Source: Candidatus Nomurabacteria bacterium
GTDB taxonomy: Bacteria > Patescibacteriota > Minisyncoccia > Phycocordibacterales > CAIZLB01
Assembly: GCA_943356525.1 (NCBI GenBank)
Contig: CALRFG010000004.1
Coordinates: forward strand, 290 to 64,289
Direction of reading: 5' to 3'
DNA length: 64,000 nucleotides
The notes under the pieces: generated by a model
Databases searched by the model: none
What the model was told of the DNA's origin: nothing
The model's input: only the letters and a program-made list of their open reading frames with translations
Part shown: positions 17,965 through 28,920 of the stretch, one piece after another
Layout: every line of letters begins with the position of its first letter
Numbering within the stretch: the first letter of the stretch is position 1
Position numbers and translations under genes: made by a program

Positions 17965-19683
17965 ATGACATTTGGAAATATACTCAAAGCATACAAATGG
18001 TGGTCTATTCTAACTATACTACTTGGATTTGCAGCAACAGGTTTATATCTTTTAGTTCCTAAACTTGCAGCTCAAGCAATTGACTCCGGTAATTATTCTG
18101 CATGGTCCGGAACTTTAACTTTATTGTTTTTTATTGCTTCCTCAGTTTTTTTGATTACCATAATTCAGATATTTGTTTCGAACTATCTGTCTGAAAAAGT
18201 TGCATTAGATTTACGAGCAAAACTTATTAAAAAAATATCCCGTCAATCTTTTCAATACATAGATGAGTCAACACCAGGGCAATTACAAACCGTTCTTACA
18301 TCGGATGTTGAAGCTGTAAAGGCAATCATAGTTCAAGGTTTCGTAACTTTAGTGAGTGCTATACTGACCTTGGTTGGTGCTATTCTATTTTTGTTAAATA
18401 CAAATCTTCGTTTGGCATTGTACACAATTTCTATAATACCTTTACTTATTATAGTATTTACAATAATTTTTAAATCAGTTAACAAACTTTTTCAACAAAA
18501 TCAGGAAAATATTCAAAATATTTATGCAAATATAAGTGAAACTGTTACAGGGTCTGCATTAATAAGAATTCTCTATGGTACGTCTGAAGAGATTAGAAAA
18601 TTTAAAGTTATAAATGAAAAATCTAAGAAAACTGGATATGGTTTAGTAAAAAATTTTTCATTATTAATTCCTGCTATAATTTTGTTGGCCAATGTAGCCA
18701 ATCTAATAATCATATGGTTTGGCGGAAAGCAGGTTATTTCAGGCGCTATGTCACTTGGAGATTTTTCCGCATTCTTGTCTTACTCAGCTATGTTTATTTG
18801 GCCTATATTTGTTTTAGGTTTTGTAGGACCAGCTGTTTCAAAAGGTCTTGTATCTTTGAAAAGAATAAATGAAGTTATAGATGCTGACATACGAGAGGAA
18901 ACCGGTACCTATGATGGGCCCATATCTGGTGATATAGAGTTTAAAAATGTTTCGTTGACATATACCTCAGCAGAAGGATCAGAGAAGTGTGTTTTAAAAA
19001 ACATTTCTTTTAAGATTAATGCAAAAACAAAAAACGCTATAGTTGGACCAACTGCGGCTGGAAAATCTCAACTATTTTATCTCATGTCTGGACTTATACA
19101 TCCAACAGAGGGTGAGATATACATAGACGGCAAACCTATATCAGAATATAAGATACAAAGTTTATTGAGTCAGATTGGTTTAGTGTTTCAGGAAAGTATT
19201 TTGTTTAACACAAGTTTCAGAGAAAATGTTGCATTTACAGGGGATATAGAAAATAACCAAGATGTGTTTAACAAAGCTATTGAGACCTCCGAATTAACTC
19301 AGCTTATAAAAGAATTACCTGAAGGATTGAATACTATGGTGTCAGAAAGAGGCACGAGTTTATCAGGTGGCCAAAAACAAAGACTGATGTTGGCTCGTGC
19401 GCTCGCTGTAAATCCACAAATACTTTTACTAGATGACTTTACTGCACGTGTTGATCAAAGTACAGAGGCACTTATACTCAGCAATATTTCTGCAAATTTT
19501 CCAGACGTAACCCTTGTATCTATAACTCAAAAAGTTGAACCTATTAAAAATTATGAGCAAATCATAGTACTGATGGAGGGTGAGATAGTTAGTATAGGAA
19601 CCCACGATCAGTTATTAAAAGATTCATTCGAGTACAAACAAATATATGAATCACAAATGACAACAGAAACATTAAAATCATAA
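17965..19683 (+). CDS. Heterodimeric ABC exporter subunit (degenerate site)
   Basis: Six-TM domain plus NBD: GPTAAGKS, LSGGQKQR, LLLDD (no catalytic Glu), ITQK (no His). Confidence 0.9.
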   Translation: MTFGNILKAYKWWSILTILLGFAATGLYLLVPKLAAQAIDSGNYSAWSGTLTLLFFIASSVFLITIIQIFVSNYLSEKVALDLRAKLIKKISRQSFQYIDESTPGQLQTVLTSDVEAVKAIIVQGFVTLVSAILTLVGAILFLLNTNLRLALYTISIIPLLIIVFTIIFKSVNKLFQQNQENIQNIYANISETVTGSALIRILYGTSEEIRKFKVINEKSKKTGYGLVKNFSLLIPAIILLANVANLIIIWFGGKQVISGAMSLGDFSAFLSYSAMFIWPIFVLGFVGPAVSKGLVSLKRINEVIDADIREETGTYDGPISGDIEFKNVSLTYTSAEGSEKCVLKNISFKINAKTKNAIVGPTAAGKSQLFYLMSGLIHPTEGEIYIDGKPISEYKIQSLLSQIGLVFQESILFNTSFRENVAFTGDIENNQDVFNKAIETSELTQLIKELPEGLNTMVSERGTSLSGGQKQRLMLARALAVNPQILLLDDFTARVDQSTEALILSNISANFPDVTLVSITQKVEPIKNYEQIIVLMEGEIVSIGTHDQLLKDSFEYKQIYESQMTTETLKS

Positions 19684-19701
19684 ATTGAAATTATAAATAA
19701 C

Positions 19702-21477
19702 ATGTCACAAATATATACATTAGAAAAAAAAGAACAAAACCAGTCTATACCCTCAAATTCAAAAGGTTCCCTTAGAGGTTTTTTTTCATATATTAAGGAT
19801 GATAAAACCAAGCTCATCATAGTTATTGGTTTTATTTTTATAAACTCAGCAGCAAACACTATTTCACCTTTTTTGATATCAAAAGCTATAGATAAATATA
19901 TAGCAGTTGGTAATATAAATGGTTTACTAAACATAATATATATATTGGCGGGTGTAGCCGCTATTACTGTTATTACAGGATATATGCAAGGTATGCTTAT
20001 AGGTCGTATATCACAACGCACATTATATAGATTAAAAGAAGCTTTGTTTGCAAAACTACAGTCTTTGCCTATAGCATTTTTCAATCAAAATAAAGCGGGG
20101 GATTTGATGAGTCGTATAAACAATGATACAGATAAAATAAATCAATTTCTTTCTCAGTGGATAGGACAGTTTGTAGGTGTTATGTTTTCATTGATTGGTA
20201 TAATTGGTTTTAGTCTTTACTTGAACTGGAAATTATCTTTAGTGATGATGTCTATGGTTGTTTTTATTTATCTCGTAACTCAATTTTTTTCTTCAACTAT
20301 ACGTAAGAAAAATAGAGAAAACCTAGAAGTCAATTCTGATTTTGCATCTAGTCTTCAAGAAAATCTTACAAATTTTAAAGTTGTTGCTGCTTACGGTAAA
20401 AGAGAATATTTAGAAAATCATCTAGATAAAACAAATAATGCAACTTTCAAATCAGCTTTAAGTTCTGGTTTTGCCAACAGAGTCTTTGAGCCTACTTATG
20501 AATTTTTTGGTGCAATTGCTTTGATTTTAGTTTTATCATATGGATTTCATCTTGTATCTATCGGAGATGCCACCGTAGGTATGGTTATTGCTTTTGTAGC
20601 TTATACACAGAGATTTTATGATCCCATGAAAACTTTGGCTACAGCTTTTGGTGCTATACAACTTGCAACTGCAGCTTGGGTAAGATTACAAGATATATTT
20701 TCTTTGGAAAATAATCTTCGCACAGACAGTATAGGAGGTGATAAAACAGGAAAACCAAAACTACGCCTTGAATTGAAAAATGTGTCATTTTCATATGATG
20801 ATAAAAAAATGATTATAGAGAATGCAAATCTTTCCTTTGAACCAGGAAAAACTTATGCACTTGTAGGTCCAACAGGAGGTGGTAAATCTACACTTGCAAA
20901 TATCATGGCCCATCTACATGACCCAACAGAAGGTTATGTGTATCTAAACGGAAAAGATATGATTACTTATTCACAGGAAGAAACAGCTAGAGAAATAAGT
21001 GTTATTCTTCAAGATCCTATATTGTTTACTGGAACTGTGGCTGAAAACATATTGTATGCAAACACAGATTTTAAAGACATGAATATAGCTGATCTAAATC
21101 GTATTCTAGAGCATAAAGGTTTTAAGGATGTTATAAAAAGATTTGAAAATGGTTTAGAAACTCAGGTAAAACAAAATGGTGCTGGTTTGAGTATTGGACA
21201 AAAGCAGCTTATATCTTTTATGAGAGCTATATTACGTGAGCCAAAACTTCTTATTCTGGATGAAGCGACTGCAAATATAGATACGATCACTGAGGCTGTA
21301 TTAAATAAAACCCTAGAGGCTTTACCTCCAGAGACTACTAAGATAATAATTGCCCATAGACTTAATACTATAAAAGAGGCAGATGAGATAATGTTCGTGA
21401 ATGGTCGTCATGTTACCCCTGCAGGGAGTTATGATGCTGCGATAGAGATGATAAAAGGAGCGAAGAGGAGTAGTTAG
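19702..21477 (+). CDS. Heterodimeric ABC exporter subunit (consensus site)
   Basis: GPTGGGKS, LSIGQKQ, ILDEAT, IAHRL; pattern of TM287/288-type pairs. Confidence 0.9.
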   Translation: MSQIYTLEKKEQNQSIPSNSKGSLRGFFSYIKDDKTKLIIVIGFIFINSAANTISPFLISKAIDKYIAVGNINGLLNIIYILAGVAAITVITGYMQGMLIGRISQRTLYRLKEALFAKLQSLPIAFFNQNKAGDLMSRINNDTDKINQFLSQWIGQFVGVMFSLIGIIGFSLYLNWKLSLVMMSMVVFIYLVTQFFSSTIRKKNRENLEVNSDFASSLQENLTNFKVVAAYGKREYLENHLDKTNNATFKSALSSGFANRVFEPTYEFFGAIALILVLSYGFHLVSIGDATVGMVIAFVAYTQRFYDPMKTLATAFGAIQLATAAWVRLQDIFSLENNLRTDSIGGDKTGKPKLRLELKNVSFSYDDKKMIIENANLSFEPGKTYALVGPTGGGKSTLANIMAHLHDPTEGYVYLNGKDMITYSQEETAREISVILQDPILFTGTVAENILYANTDFKDMNIADLNRILEHKGFKDVIKRFENGLETQVKQNGAGLSIGQKQLISFMRAILREPKLLILDEATANIDTITEAVLNKTLEALPPETTKIIIAHRLNTIKEADEIMFVNGRHVTPAGSYDAAIEMIKGAKRSS

Positions 21478-21481
21478 ATAT

Positions 21482-21754
21482 ATGAAATATTATACTTACA
21501 TACTCGAATGCAATGACGGAACTTTATACACAGGTTGGACGGTTGATATAGATAAAAGGGTTTTGGCTCATAATGGCGTGGGTACAAAAACTGGTGCTAA
21601 GTACACTAGTGCACGTAGACCAGTGAAAATCGTATATCAAGAGGAGTGTTTTGGAAAAAGTCAGGCGATGAAGAGGGAAATAGAAATAAAGAAGATGACA
21701 AGGGTTGGAAAGTTAGGGTTGATAAATGGCAATAATCATTCAATTGATTTATAA
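21482..21754 (+). CDS. GIY-YIG nuclease family protein (UPF0213)
   Basis: YTYILECNDGTLYTGWT...RVLAHN...GAKYT..RRPV...REIEIKK. Confidence 0.9.
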   Translation: MKYYTYILECNDGTLYTGWTVDIDKRVLAHNGVGTKTGAKYTSARRPVKIVYQEECFGKSQAMKREIEIKKMTRVGKLGLINGNNHSIDL

Positions 21755-21762
21755 TAAACCCA

Positions 21763-22839
21763 ATGCAAATTGTTTTTCTCATCAAACCCTATTCCATAAA
21801 TATGTATTCTTATAAAGATGATTCTTATAATCTTTTGGGTACTCAAGATATTTCTTATATTGAAAATGAAAACAATACTGACTATGAAAATCGTATGATT
21901 TATGTTTGTAAAGACATATGTCAAGATTTTATAAATACCGACGTTTATAAAAATATAAAAAAAGATATCATCAACATAAAAGTTTTTTTAACAAACCCTT
22001 GGTGTATTTATGAAATTATGAATCTTGAAAAGGAGTTTGAAAAGCCACAAAAGATAGATAAAAACCTTATAGATAAGATGATGTTACACAAGGCAAATGA
22101 AAATACATCTATATTGAAAAATAGTATATTTAACATAGCTCTTAATGGATATAATGTTCAAACTATAAATAATCAAATTGCTAAGAAAATAAGTCTACAA
22201 TATATAAGTATATATTCTTCTACAAATTTTCTTGATAAATTAAAAAATACTTTAGAGACAATATTTCACCTACATCCGATCGAAATAGATTCTATCTATT
22301 CACATATCAATGAAAATCATGAAGATAATAAATCAGAAAACCAATTAAAGATCATTATCGAAGATCAGGGTTTAGATTTATCATACATATATCAAAATAA
22401 AAATATAGCTTCATTTTTTACTTCTTCTGGTGGTTTTACTTTTAAAAATAAGATGAAAGAGTTTCTAGATATTGATTCAATAATATTGGATAAAATCTTA
22501 AGATCAAAAACACTTAATCTAAATAAAAATAATTTGACTGTTATTCATGAAAAAAATCTAGATAATATTTGGCCAGATTTAGATGAAACAATTAAATCAA
22601 ATATAGAAGAAGTTATTAACAAAGAGTTAGATATTATTAAAACTCAAATTAGAAAATTTATCGATAGTATAGACAATGAATTTATTACAAAAGATGTTAA
22701 TATAAACATATACAGTTTAGATGAGATGAGTTTGAATACCACAGGACTTATATTGGAGTATTCTGTAAAAGAGGATATGTATATTAGAGGAAAATTATTA
22801 ACTAATGAATCAAAAGTATTTACTAAAAAGATATTTTAA
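21763..22839 (+). CDS. Hypothetical protein (possibly diverged FtsA/actin-like fold)
   Basis: Long AT-rich ORF; ALNGY motif and pairing with the next gene recall a CPR gene pair; weak. Confidence 0.4.
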   Translation: MQIVFLIKPYSINMYSYKDDSYNLLGTQDISYIENENNTDYENRMIYVCKDICQDFINTDVYKNIKKDIINIKVFLTNPWCIYEIMNLEKEFEKPQKIDKNLIDKMMLHKANENTSILKNSIFNIALNGYNVQTINNQIAKKISLQYISIYSSTNFLDKLKNTLETIFHLHPIEIDSIYSHINENHEDNKSENQLKIIIEDQGLDLSYIYQNKNIASFFTSSGGFTFKNKMKEFLDIDSIILDKILRSKTLNLNKNNLTVIHEKNLDNIWPDLDETIKSNIEEVINKELDIIKTQIRKFIDSIDNEFITKDVNINIYSLDEMSLNTTGLILEYSVKEDMYIRGKLLTNESKVFTKKIF

Positions 22840-22853
22840 ATTAAAATAAGAAT

Positions 22854-24059
22854 ATGTATTCAGATATTATACCACCTAATAAAAAAAATAAACTTTCAAA
22901 AATTAAAGCTCCTGTAGAGCATAAGGTCAAAGAATCTAAGAAGTTAAAAGACGAACCTTTTGTTGCACCTGGAGAGGTGTATCACACGGCTTACGGCGAA
23001 GACAGAAAGAGTAAATTACCTGTTATATTGACGTTGTTAACATTGTTAACTTTAGCTATTGTTTATTATTCAGTTTTCAATAATAAGACTAATATATCAT
23101 TTGAATCTAAATCAACTATTTTTGAAATAAAAGATAGGATACCTATGGCATTGTCAGAGAAAAATCAAAAATCTAGTACAACATTGTCATACAACCTTAT
23201 CTATAATAATGATAATGAAAATAGAAATATTTTTGCTCCTATAGTTGAAGGGGCCACTTCAACCCCAAAAACTAATACTACCTCAAACGATCAAAGTTTT
23301 GAATATTACACATTGAATAATTCAACAACATCGATAACCTTATCAAAGAAAGTTAAGCTAATAAACACATACAATACAAATGTACAAATTATAAAAGATA
23401 CAAGGTTTGATGTGGACGGTGTTACATATTATATTGACAGAGCTGTTGATCTTAAAAAATCCGTAAACCCATCAACAAGTACTACCAATTATAAAGTTAT
23501 AGGTTTTAAAGGTACAGCCAAATATGAAAAATTTTATGCCATCGATTACGTAGATACTTCTGTGTCCGATGATGCTCCAGTTGTTGAAGGTGATAAAAAT
23601 ATACCAAATAATGATTTACTGTCACTTATACCTGATAATTTTATTCCTTTAAAGAAAAATTATGTTTATGATAAAACAATTGATCAAACTGCTTTGGTTG
23701 TTATAGATAAAAAAGATTTTGAAAAAGTTTTATTGGCTGAAACAAAGCTAATACAGGAATATGCTAAATCATTTACCACTATATCTGATCTAGTTGAATA
23801 TGAAATAAGTATAAATGATTATGAAATAGAACTTGACTCACAAACAGGATTGCCAATCGCATTTAATAATCTAAATCTTGAAATAATCACCCGAATAAAA
23901 AAAGATAAAGTAGCTTCAGTCTTTAAAGGATTTTCTAAAGAGACAATGAAAAAGATTAAAAATGAAATTTCTAAGAATATAACTATGAATATATCATATT
24001 CACCATTTTGGGTAACTAAAGTATCCGATGAAGATCACATTAGTGTAGAGGTTAAATAG
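22854..24059 (+). CDS. Hypothetical single-TM protein
   Basis: MYSDIIPP start, one TM, C-terminal SPFW...ISVEVK. Confidence 0.55.
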   Translation: MYSDIIPPNKKNKLSKIKAPVEHKVKESKKLKDEPFVAPGEVYHTAYGEDRKSKLPVILTLLTLLTLAIVYYSVFNNKTNISFESKSTIFEIKDRIPMALSEKNQKSSTTLSYNLIYNNDNENRNIFAPIVEGATSTPKTNTTSNDQSFEYYTLNNSTTSITLSKKVKLINTYNTNVQIIKDTRFDVDGVTYYIDRAVDLKKSVNPSTSTTNYKVIGFKGTAKYEKFYAIDYVDTSVSDDAPVVEGDKNIPNNDLLSLIPDNFIPLKKNYVYDKTIDQTALVVIDKKDFEKVLLAETKLIQEYAKSFTTISDLVEYEISINDYEIELDSQTGLPIAFNNLNLEIITRIKKDKVASVFKGFSKETMKKIKNEISKNITMNISYSPFWVTKVSDEDHISVEVK

Positions 24060-24111
24060 CGGGCTAAATAGAAACTTAAATAAAAGACCATTATGTGTTA
24101 ATATCAATCTT

Positions 24112-25371
24112 ATGCGACATACAAATATATTCATAAAGACCAGAAAAGAGTATCCAAGAGATGAACTTGCTAAAAATGCCCAAGTCCTTATAAAAGCAGG
24201 CTTTGTTCATAAAGAGATGGCGGGTGCATATGCCTATTTACCCTTCGGTATCAGGGTTTTGGAAAATATTAAAAAAATAGCCCGTGATGAAATGAATAGT
24301 GCTTCTGGACAAGAAATAATAATGTCATCTTTACAGAAAAAAGAAACATGGGAGTCTACTGATAGATGGAATGATTCTAATGTGGACATATGGTTCAAAA
24401 GCGAGCTCAAAAATGGAACAGAGATAGGCTTTGGTTGGTCACATGAAGAACCTATAACAGATATGATGAAAAATTTTATATCATCATATAAAGATTTACC
24501 TATATACACATATCAATTTCAAACTAAGTTCAGAAATGAACTTCGCGCAAAAAGTGGTATTATGCGTGGAAGAGAATTTGTGATGAAAGATTTGTATTCT
24601 TATTCAAAAAATCAAAAAGATCATGAGGTTTTTTATAATAAAATGATAGAAGCCTATAAATCATTTTACGAAAAAGTAGGACTTGGAAAAGATACTTTTG
24701 TAACTGTGGCCTCAGGTGGTGTTTTTACAAAAAATATTTCTCATGAATTTCAAACCATATGCGATGCAGGTGAAGATATTGTTTACATAGATAGAGAAAA
24801 TAATAAAGCGTATAACGAAGAAGCTGTGAAAGAATCTAACATAGAAGTCAGTAAGTTTGAAAAAGTTAAAACAGCTGAAGTTGGTAATATATTCTCTTTT
24901 GGATCTGACAAATGTGAACAAATGGGATTAATGTTTATGGATAGTGATGGTGTTAATAAACCAGTAACATTAGGCTCATATGGTATAGGTATAACTCGAG
25001 TTATGGGTGTTATTGTAGAAAAATATGCCGATGAAAAAGGACTTGTTTGGCCAAAAAATATCGCACCGTATCATATTGTAATTGTTTCATTGTCAAAAGA
25101 TAAAGAAGATAAAGTTTATGAAGAGTCGGAAAATATTTATAAAGCAATTAAAGATAGATACGAAGTTTTACTTGATGATAGAAATATGAACGCTGGCTCT
25201 AAAATGTTTGATGCTGATTTATATGGTATACCGCTACAGATAATTATAGGGGATAAAAGTTTAGCAAAAGGTTGTGTGGAAATAAAAAACCGCCAGAATG
25301 GGGAAGTTGTAGAGGTTGACCTTAAGGATGTTGAGGATAAATTAAAAGAAATACTCCTTATCTTATTTTAG
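24112..25371 (+). CDS. proS: Proline--tRNA ligase (no insertion editing domain)
   Basis: WSHEE, YQFQTKFRNELRAKSGIMRGREFVMKDLYS, EVGNIF, GSYGIG, LLDDR. Confidence 0.95.
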   Translation: MRHTNIFIKTRKEYPRDELAKNAQVLIKAGFVHKEMAGAYAYLPFGIRVLENIKKIARDEMNSASGQEIIMSSLQKKETWESTDRWNDSNVDIWFKSELKNGTEIGFGWSHEEPITDMMKNFISSYKDLPIYTYQFQTKFRNELRAKSGIMRGREFVMKDLYSYSKNQKDHEVFYNKMIEAYKSFYEKVGLGKDTFVTVASGGVFTKNISHEFQTICDAGEDIVYIDRENNKAYNEEAVKESNIEVSKFEKVKTAEVGNIFSFGSDKCEQMGLMFMDSDGVNKPVTLGSYGIGITRVMGVIVEKYADEKGLVWPKNIAPYHIVIVSLSKDKEDKVYEESENIYKAIKDRYEVLLDDRNMNAGSKMFDADLYGIPLQIIIGDKSLAKGCVEIKNRQNGEVVEVDLKDVEDKLKEILLILF

Positions 25372-25423
25372 AAAGTATTTTATATAGATTTTATCTATAA
25401 ATAGATATATAATTATTTATGTT

Positions 25424-25963
25424 ATGAACATTTTAATATTTACGTTAGTTATTTTAGGTACAATAATCACTTCAACTATGTACGCTTCCGTTTTCGAATG
25501 GGTTCTACATAAACACGTTATGCATAAAAAGCCATTTGGTTTCAATTATGCGTATAAACATCATCATCAAATACATCATGTTGTTTTTGGTGGATACAAA
25601 ACATATAAACTCTCAGGACATAAGCCAGAGAAACAAGAAAAAGATAAAAAGACTATTCCTATGGCTTGGTGGAATTGGATAGTTCTATTGATAATAGCTG
25701 TTTCACCTATAGCAGCGACAATATCCATATTTTTTGGAGTATGGTTTCCTGCTGTAGTGACTGCGATAATCTTCTTTTTATACTACTGTACATATGAATA
25801 CACTCATTGGTGTATGCATGATTCAAAGGGTAGATGGTTTGAAAATAAAAAATGGTTTCTTAATCTCGATCATCGTCACAGATTACATCATCAAAATACC
25901 AATACCAACTTCAATGTTGTTTGGCCATTTGCTGACTTCTTGCTTAAGACATTACGAACCTGA
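25424..25963 (+). CDS. Sterol desaturase/fatty acid hydroxylase family membrane protein
   Basis: His boxes EWVLHKHVMH, HHQIHH, YEYTHWCMH, HRLHH, and NFNV. Confidence 0.8.
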   Translation: MNILIFTLVILGTIITSTMYASVFEWVLHKHVMHKKPFGFNYAYKHHHQIHHVVFGGYKTYKLSGHKPEKQEKDKKTIPMAWWNWIVLLIIAVSPIAATISIFFGVWFPAVVTAIIFFLYYCTYEYTHWCMHDSKGRWFENKKWFLNLDHRHRLHHQNTNTNFNVVWPFADFLLKTLRT

Positions 25964-25966
25964 ATC

Positions 25967-26002
25967 AAAAGCCCTGATTTCTTACATAGATCAGGGTTTT
26001 TT
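25967..26002 (+). terminator. Intrinsic terminator
   Basis: AAAAGCCCTGATT...GATCAGGGTTTTTT. Confidence 0.75.
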
Positions 26003-26140
26003 ATTAATAAAATCTAAAGAAATTATTATCATGACATTAAATCTCGATTTAATTAAGAAAAATTAAAATCGTAGTTTTTTTAAGTTTTGCTCCCAAACCC
26101 CTCCCAAAACTAAAAAAACTGTGCTACTATATCAACACAT

Positions 26141-26362
26141 ATGTCAAATCAAGATAAGGAAGGAAAAATAATCCTAAACGGTATAGTTATAGAATCATTA
26201 CCGGATACTCATTTTCGTGTTCAACTAGAGGATGGCGCTATTTTACTTGCTTATATGAGTGGTAAAATGAAATACAATAGAATACGTATATATGTAGGGG
26301 ATAAAGTAGAAATAGAATTGGATAGTTACGGAGGAAAGCCAAAACTTATCAGAAGAAAATAG
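26141..26362 (+). CDS. infA: Translation initiation factor IF-1
   Basis: GIVIESLPDTHFRVQLEDG...SGKMK.NRIRI.VGDKV. Confidence 0.95.
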   Translation: MSNQDKEGKIILNGIVIESLPDTHFRVQLEDGAILLAYMSGKMKYNRIRIYVGDKVEIELDSYGGKPKLIRRK

Positions 26363-26387
26363 TTAAAAATGATATAATAAAACCTAT

Positions 26388-27680
26388 ATGAAATGTGATA
26401 TTAAATACAGGTTTTTTTTATTGATTGTAATTATATTTTCTCAATTTTCAAATATAAACGTGTCTTCTATTTATGCTGAAGATAGTGCACGAGATTTACA
26501 ACAAAAGATAGATGAAAGAACATCTCTTATAAAAAAACTAGATGAAGAGATAAAAACTTATGCAGATCTCGCTGACAAGTCATCACGTGAAGCTCTGACT
26601 TTAAATAATTATATTAAAACATTGGACAATCAAGTAAAGTCCACATCAGCAGATATACGAAAAAGTCAAAATTCTATAGATAAAACAAGTCTACAGATCA
26701 AGCAGATCTCAAACGAGATAACTGGTAGCGAAGAAAAGATTGCAAGGTTAAGGTCTGGTATAAAGGAGAGTGTTATAAATCAATATAAACTTGATAAAGT
26801 TTCTGTTATTGAAAATTTCTTGGCTGAAAAAAATATAATGGCCTCTATTAAGGAGATAGAGTTTTTGAAAATAGTACAACAAAATATACAAAATAGTATA
26901 ACGGAGATTTTTCAAATAAAAAAAATTTTAGAAAAAGATAAAACTTCTGAACAGATAAGAAAAGAAGATTTAGAGATAGAAAAAGAAAAACTTAAAACTA
27001 AACAAACTTCTTTAAATATAGTTAAAGATGAGCAAAAAAAAGAATTAATAATAACTAAAAATCAAGAAAGTAATTTCAAAAATATACTGGCTGAAAGAAA
27101 AAAACAAAAAGAAGCTTTCGAAAAAGAGATGTTTGATTATGAAAAAAAATTAAAATATGTTTTAAATCCCTCATCAATTCCAAAGTCTGGCTCTTCAGCA
27201 TTAGCTTGGCCACTTGAAGTTGTACGCATAACTCAAAGATTTGGTATTACAAATGCTTCAAAACGTTTATATGCTTCTGGATCGCACAACGGAGCTGATT
27301 TTGGTGCTAAGATAGGCACTCCAGTTTTATCTATGGGAGACGGCATCTTAGTTGCTCAAGGAGATACTGATGCATCTTGCAGAGGTGTATCTTTTGGTAA
27401 ATGGATACTTATCAAATACAATAATGGATTGGCTTCAACTTATGGTCATTTATCAAAACTAAACTTGCAAACTGGCGCTACTGTTAAATCAGGGGACATT
27501 GTTGGATTTTCGGGCAATACTGGCTACTCTACAGGACCTCATCTTCATGTCAGTATGTATCCAGCTGACGCAGTTAACGCTATAGCAAGACCTTCTGCAT
27601 CGTGTCCGGGAGTTGATTTAACTATGCCTATAGCCGCTGTAAATGCTTATCTAGACCCTTTGGCTTATATGCCCAAATAA
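26388..27680 (+). CDS. Coiled-coil M23 family peptidase
   Basis: Signal peptide, long coiled coil, HNGADF, YGHLS, GNTGYSTGPHLH. Confidence 0.9.
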   Translation: MKCDIKYRFFLLIVIIFSQFSNINVSSIYAEDSARDLQQKIDERTSLIKKLDEEIKTYADLADKSSREALTLNNYIKTLDNQVKSTSADIRKSQNSIDKTSLQIKQISNEITGSEEKIARLRSGIKESVINQYKLDKVSVIENFLAEKNIMASIKEIEFLKIVQQNIQNSITEIFQIKKILEKDKTSEQIRKEDLEIEKEKLKTKQTSLNIVKDEQKKELIITKNQESNFKNILAERKKQKEAFEKEMFDYEKKLKYVLNPSSIPKSGSSALAWPLEVVRITQRFGITNASKRLYASGSHNGADFGAKIGTPVLSMGDGILVAQGDTDASCRGVSFGKWILIKYNNGLASTYGHLSKLNLQTGATVKSGDIVGFSGNTGYSTGPHLHVSMYPADAVNAIARPSASCPGVDLTMPIAAVNAYLDPLAYMPK

Positions 27681-27722
27681 AAATATCGCAAAAATCAGGA
27701 CATATGTTATAATCTCAACAAT

Positions 27723-28814
27723 ATGAGTAAAGATTATTATAAAACACTTGGATTAAATAAAAATGCCTCGCAAGAAGAGATAAAAAAAGCCTTTAGAAAA
27801 CTTGCTTTAGAGCATCACCCTGATAAAACTGGGGGTGAGGATAAAAAATTCAAAGAGATTAATGAAGCCTATTCTACTTTATCTGATTCTAAAAAGAGAC
27901 AACAATATGACACTTTCGGTTCAGCTGGTGCATCTCAGGGGGGTGGACAAGGTTATGGACAAGGTCAAGGTTTTGAAGGTTTTGATTTTTCAGGATTTGC
28001 AGGACAAGGAGGGCAGAATTATGAATTCGATTTAGGTGATATGTTTGGATCTTTCTTTGGTGGAGGAAGAGGAGGGAGAGGTGGAGGACAGGTACAACAA
28101 AAAAGAGGACAAGATATAACAATAAGCGTGCAAATAACATTTAAAGAATCTGTTTTAGGGACTGATAAAACTATCGAATATAATAGACACAAGATTTGTA
28201 ACACATGTAATGGTTTGAAAGGAACTGATCTTAAAAAATGTACAAAATGTGATGGTGTAGGTCATATAACAAAAGTACAGAGAACTATTTTGGGGAATAT
28301 AGAACAGCGTTATGTTTGTGACGAGTGCGATGGAAATGGAAAAATTCCAAGTAAGAAATGTATCACTTGTCACGGGGCGGGTGTTTTAAAACAAAAAGAA
28401 TCTTTGACGATTCATATTCCCTCAGGTATTGAAAACGGTGAACAATTGCGTGTAGCGAGTAGAGGTGAAGCTGTTGCAGGTGGAACGGAAGGCAATCTTT
28501 ACATACAGATAAGTATAAAAGCTGATCCGATTTTTAGAAAAGATAGAACAAAAGTTTATATGACACTGCATATACCTTTGTCTATTGCTATAGGTGGAGG
28601 GGATATGAAAGTAAACTCTTATGATCAAGATTTTACCCTAACTATTCCACATGGATCTAATACAATGGATGTGTTGAGGGTAAAAGAGAAGGGTGGTTTT
28701 GTTGATGCCAAAAGAAGAGATGATATGCATATAACTTTGAGAGTTGATATGCCAAAAAAAGTAGGGAGTGAGGTGAAAAAGATTGTGAAGGATTTGGAAA
28801 ATCTTGGTTACTAG
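27723..28814 (+). CDS. dnaJ: Chaperone DnaJ
   Basis: J domain HPD, G/F region, four CxxCxG repeats. Confidence 0.96.
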   Translation: MSKDYYKTLGLNKNASQEEIKKAFRKLALEHHPDKTGGEDKKFKEINEAYSTLSDSKKRQQYDTFGSAGASQGGGQGYGQGQGFEGFDFSGFAGQGGQNYEFDLGDMFGSFFGGGRGGRGGGQVQQKRGQDITISVQITFKESVLGTDKTIEYNRHKICNTCNGLKGTDLKKCTKCDGVGHITKVQRTILGNIEQRYVCDECDGNGKIPSKKCITCHGAGVLKQKESLTIHIPSGIENGEQLRVASRGEAVAGGTEGNLYIQISIKADPIFRKDRTKVYMTLHIPLSIAIGGGDMKVNSYDQDFTLTIPHGSNTMDVLRVKEKGGFVDAKRRDDMHITLRVDMPKKVGSEVKKIVKDLENLGY

Positions 28815-28906
28815 ATTTTATTTTCGGAGTAAAATCATACGCAGACTTTGTTTACTGTAAAAAAACAAAGTCGAGGACTTCTGATTGAACAAAATAAATA
28901 AAATCT
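28813..28906 (+). repeat. Palindromic intergenic element, copy 1 (CGCAGAC-stem-GTCGAGGACT)
   Basis: 11-bp outer stem, 10-bp inner stem 28844-28853/28863-28872; core shared with 45632-45720. Confidence 0.65.
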
Positions 28907-28920
28907 GATATAATAATCTC

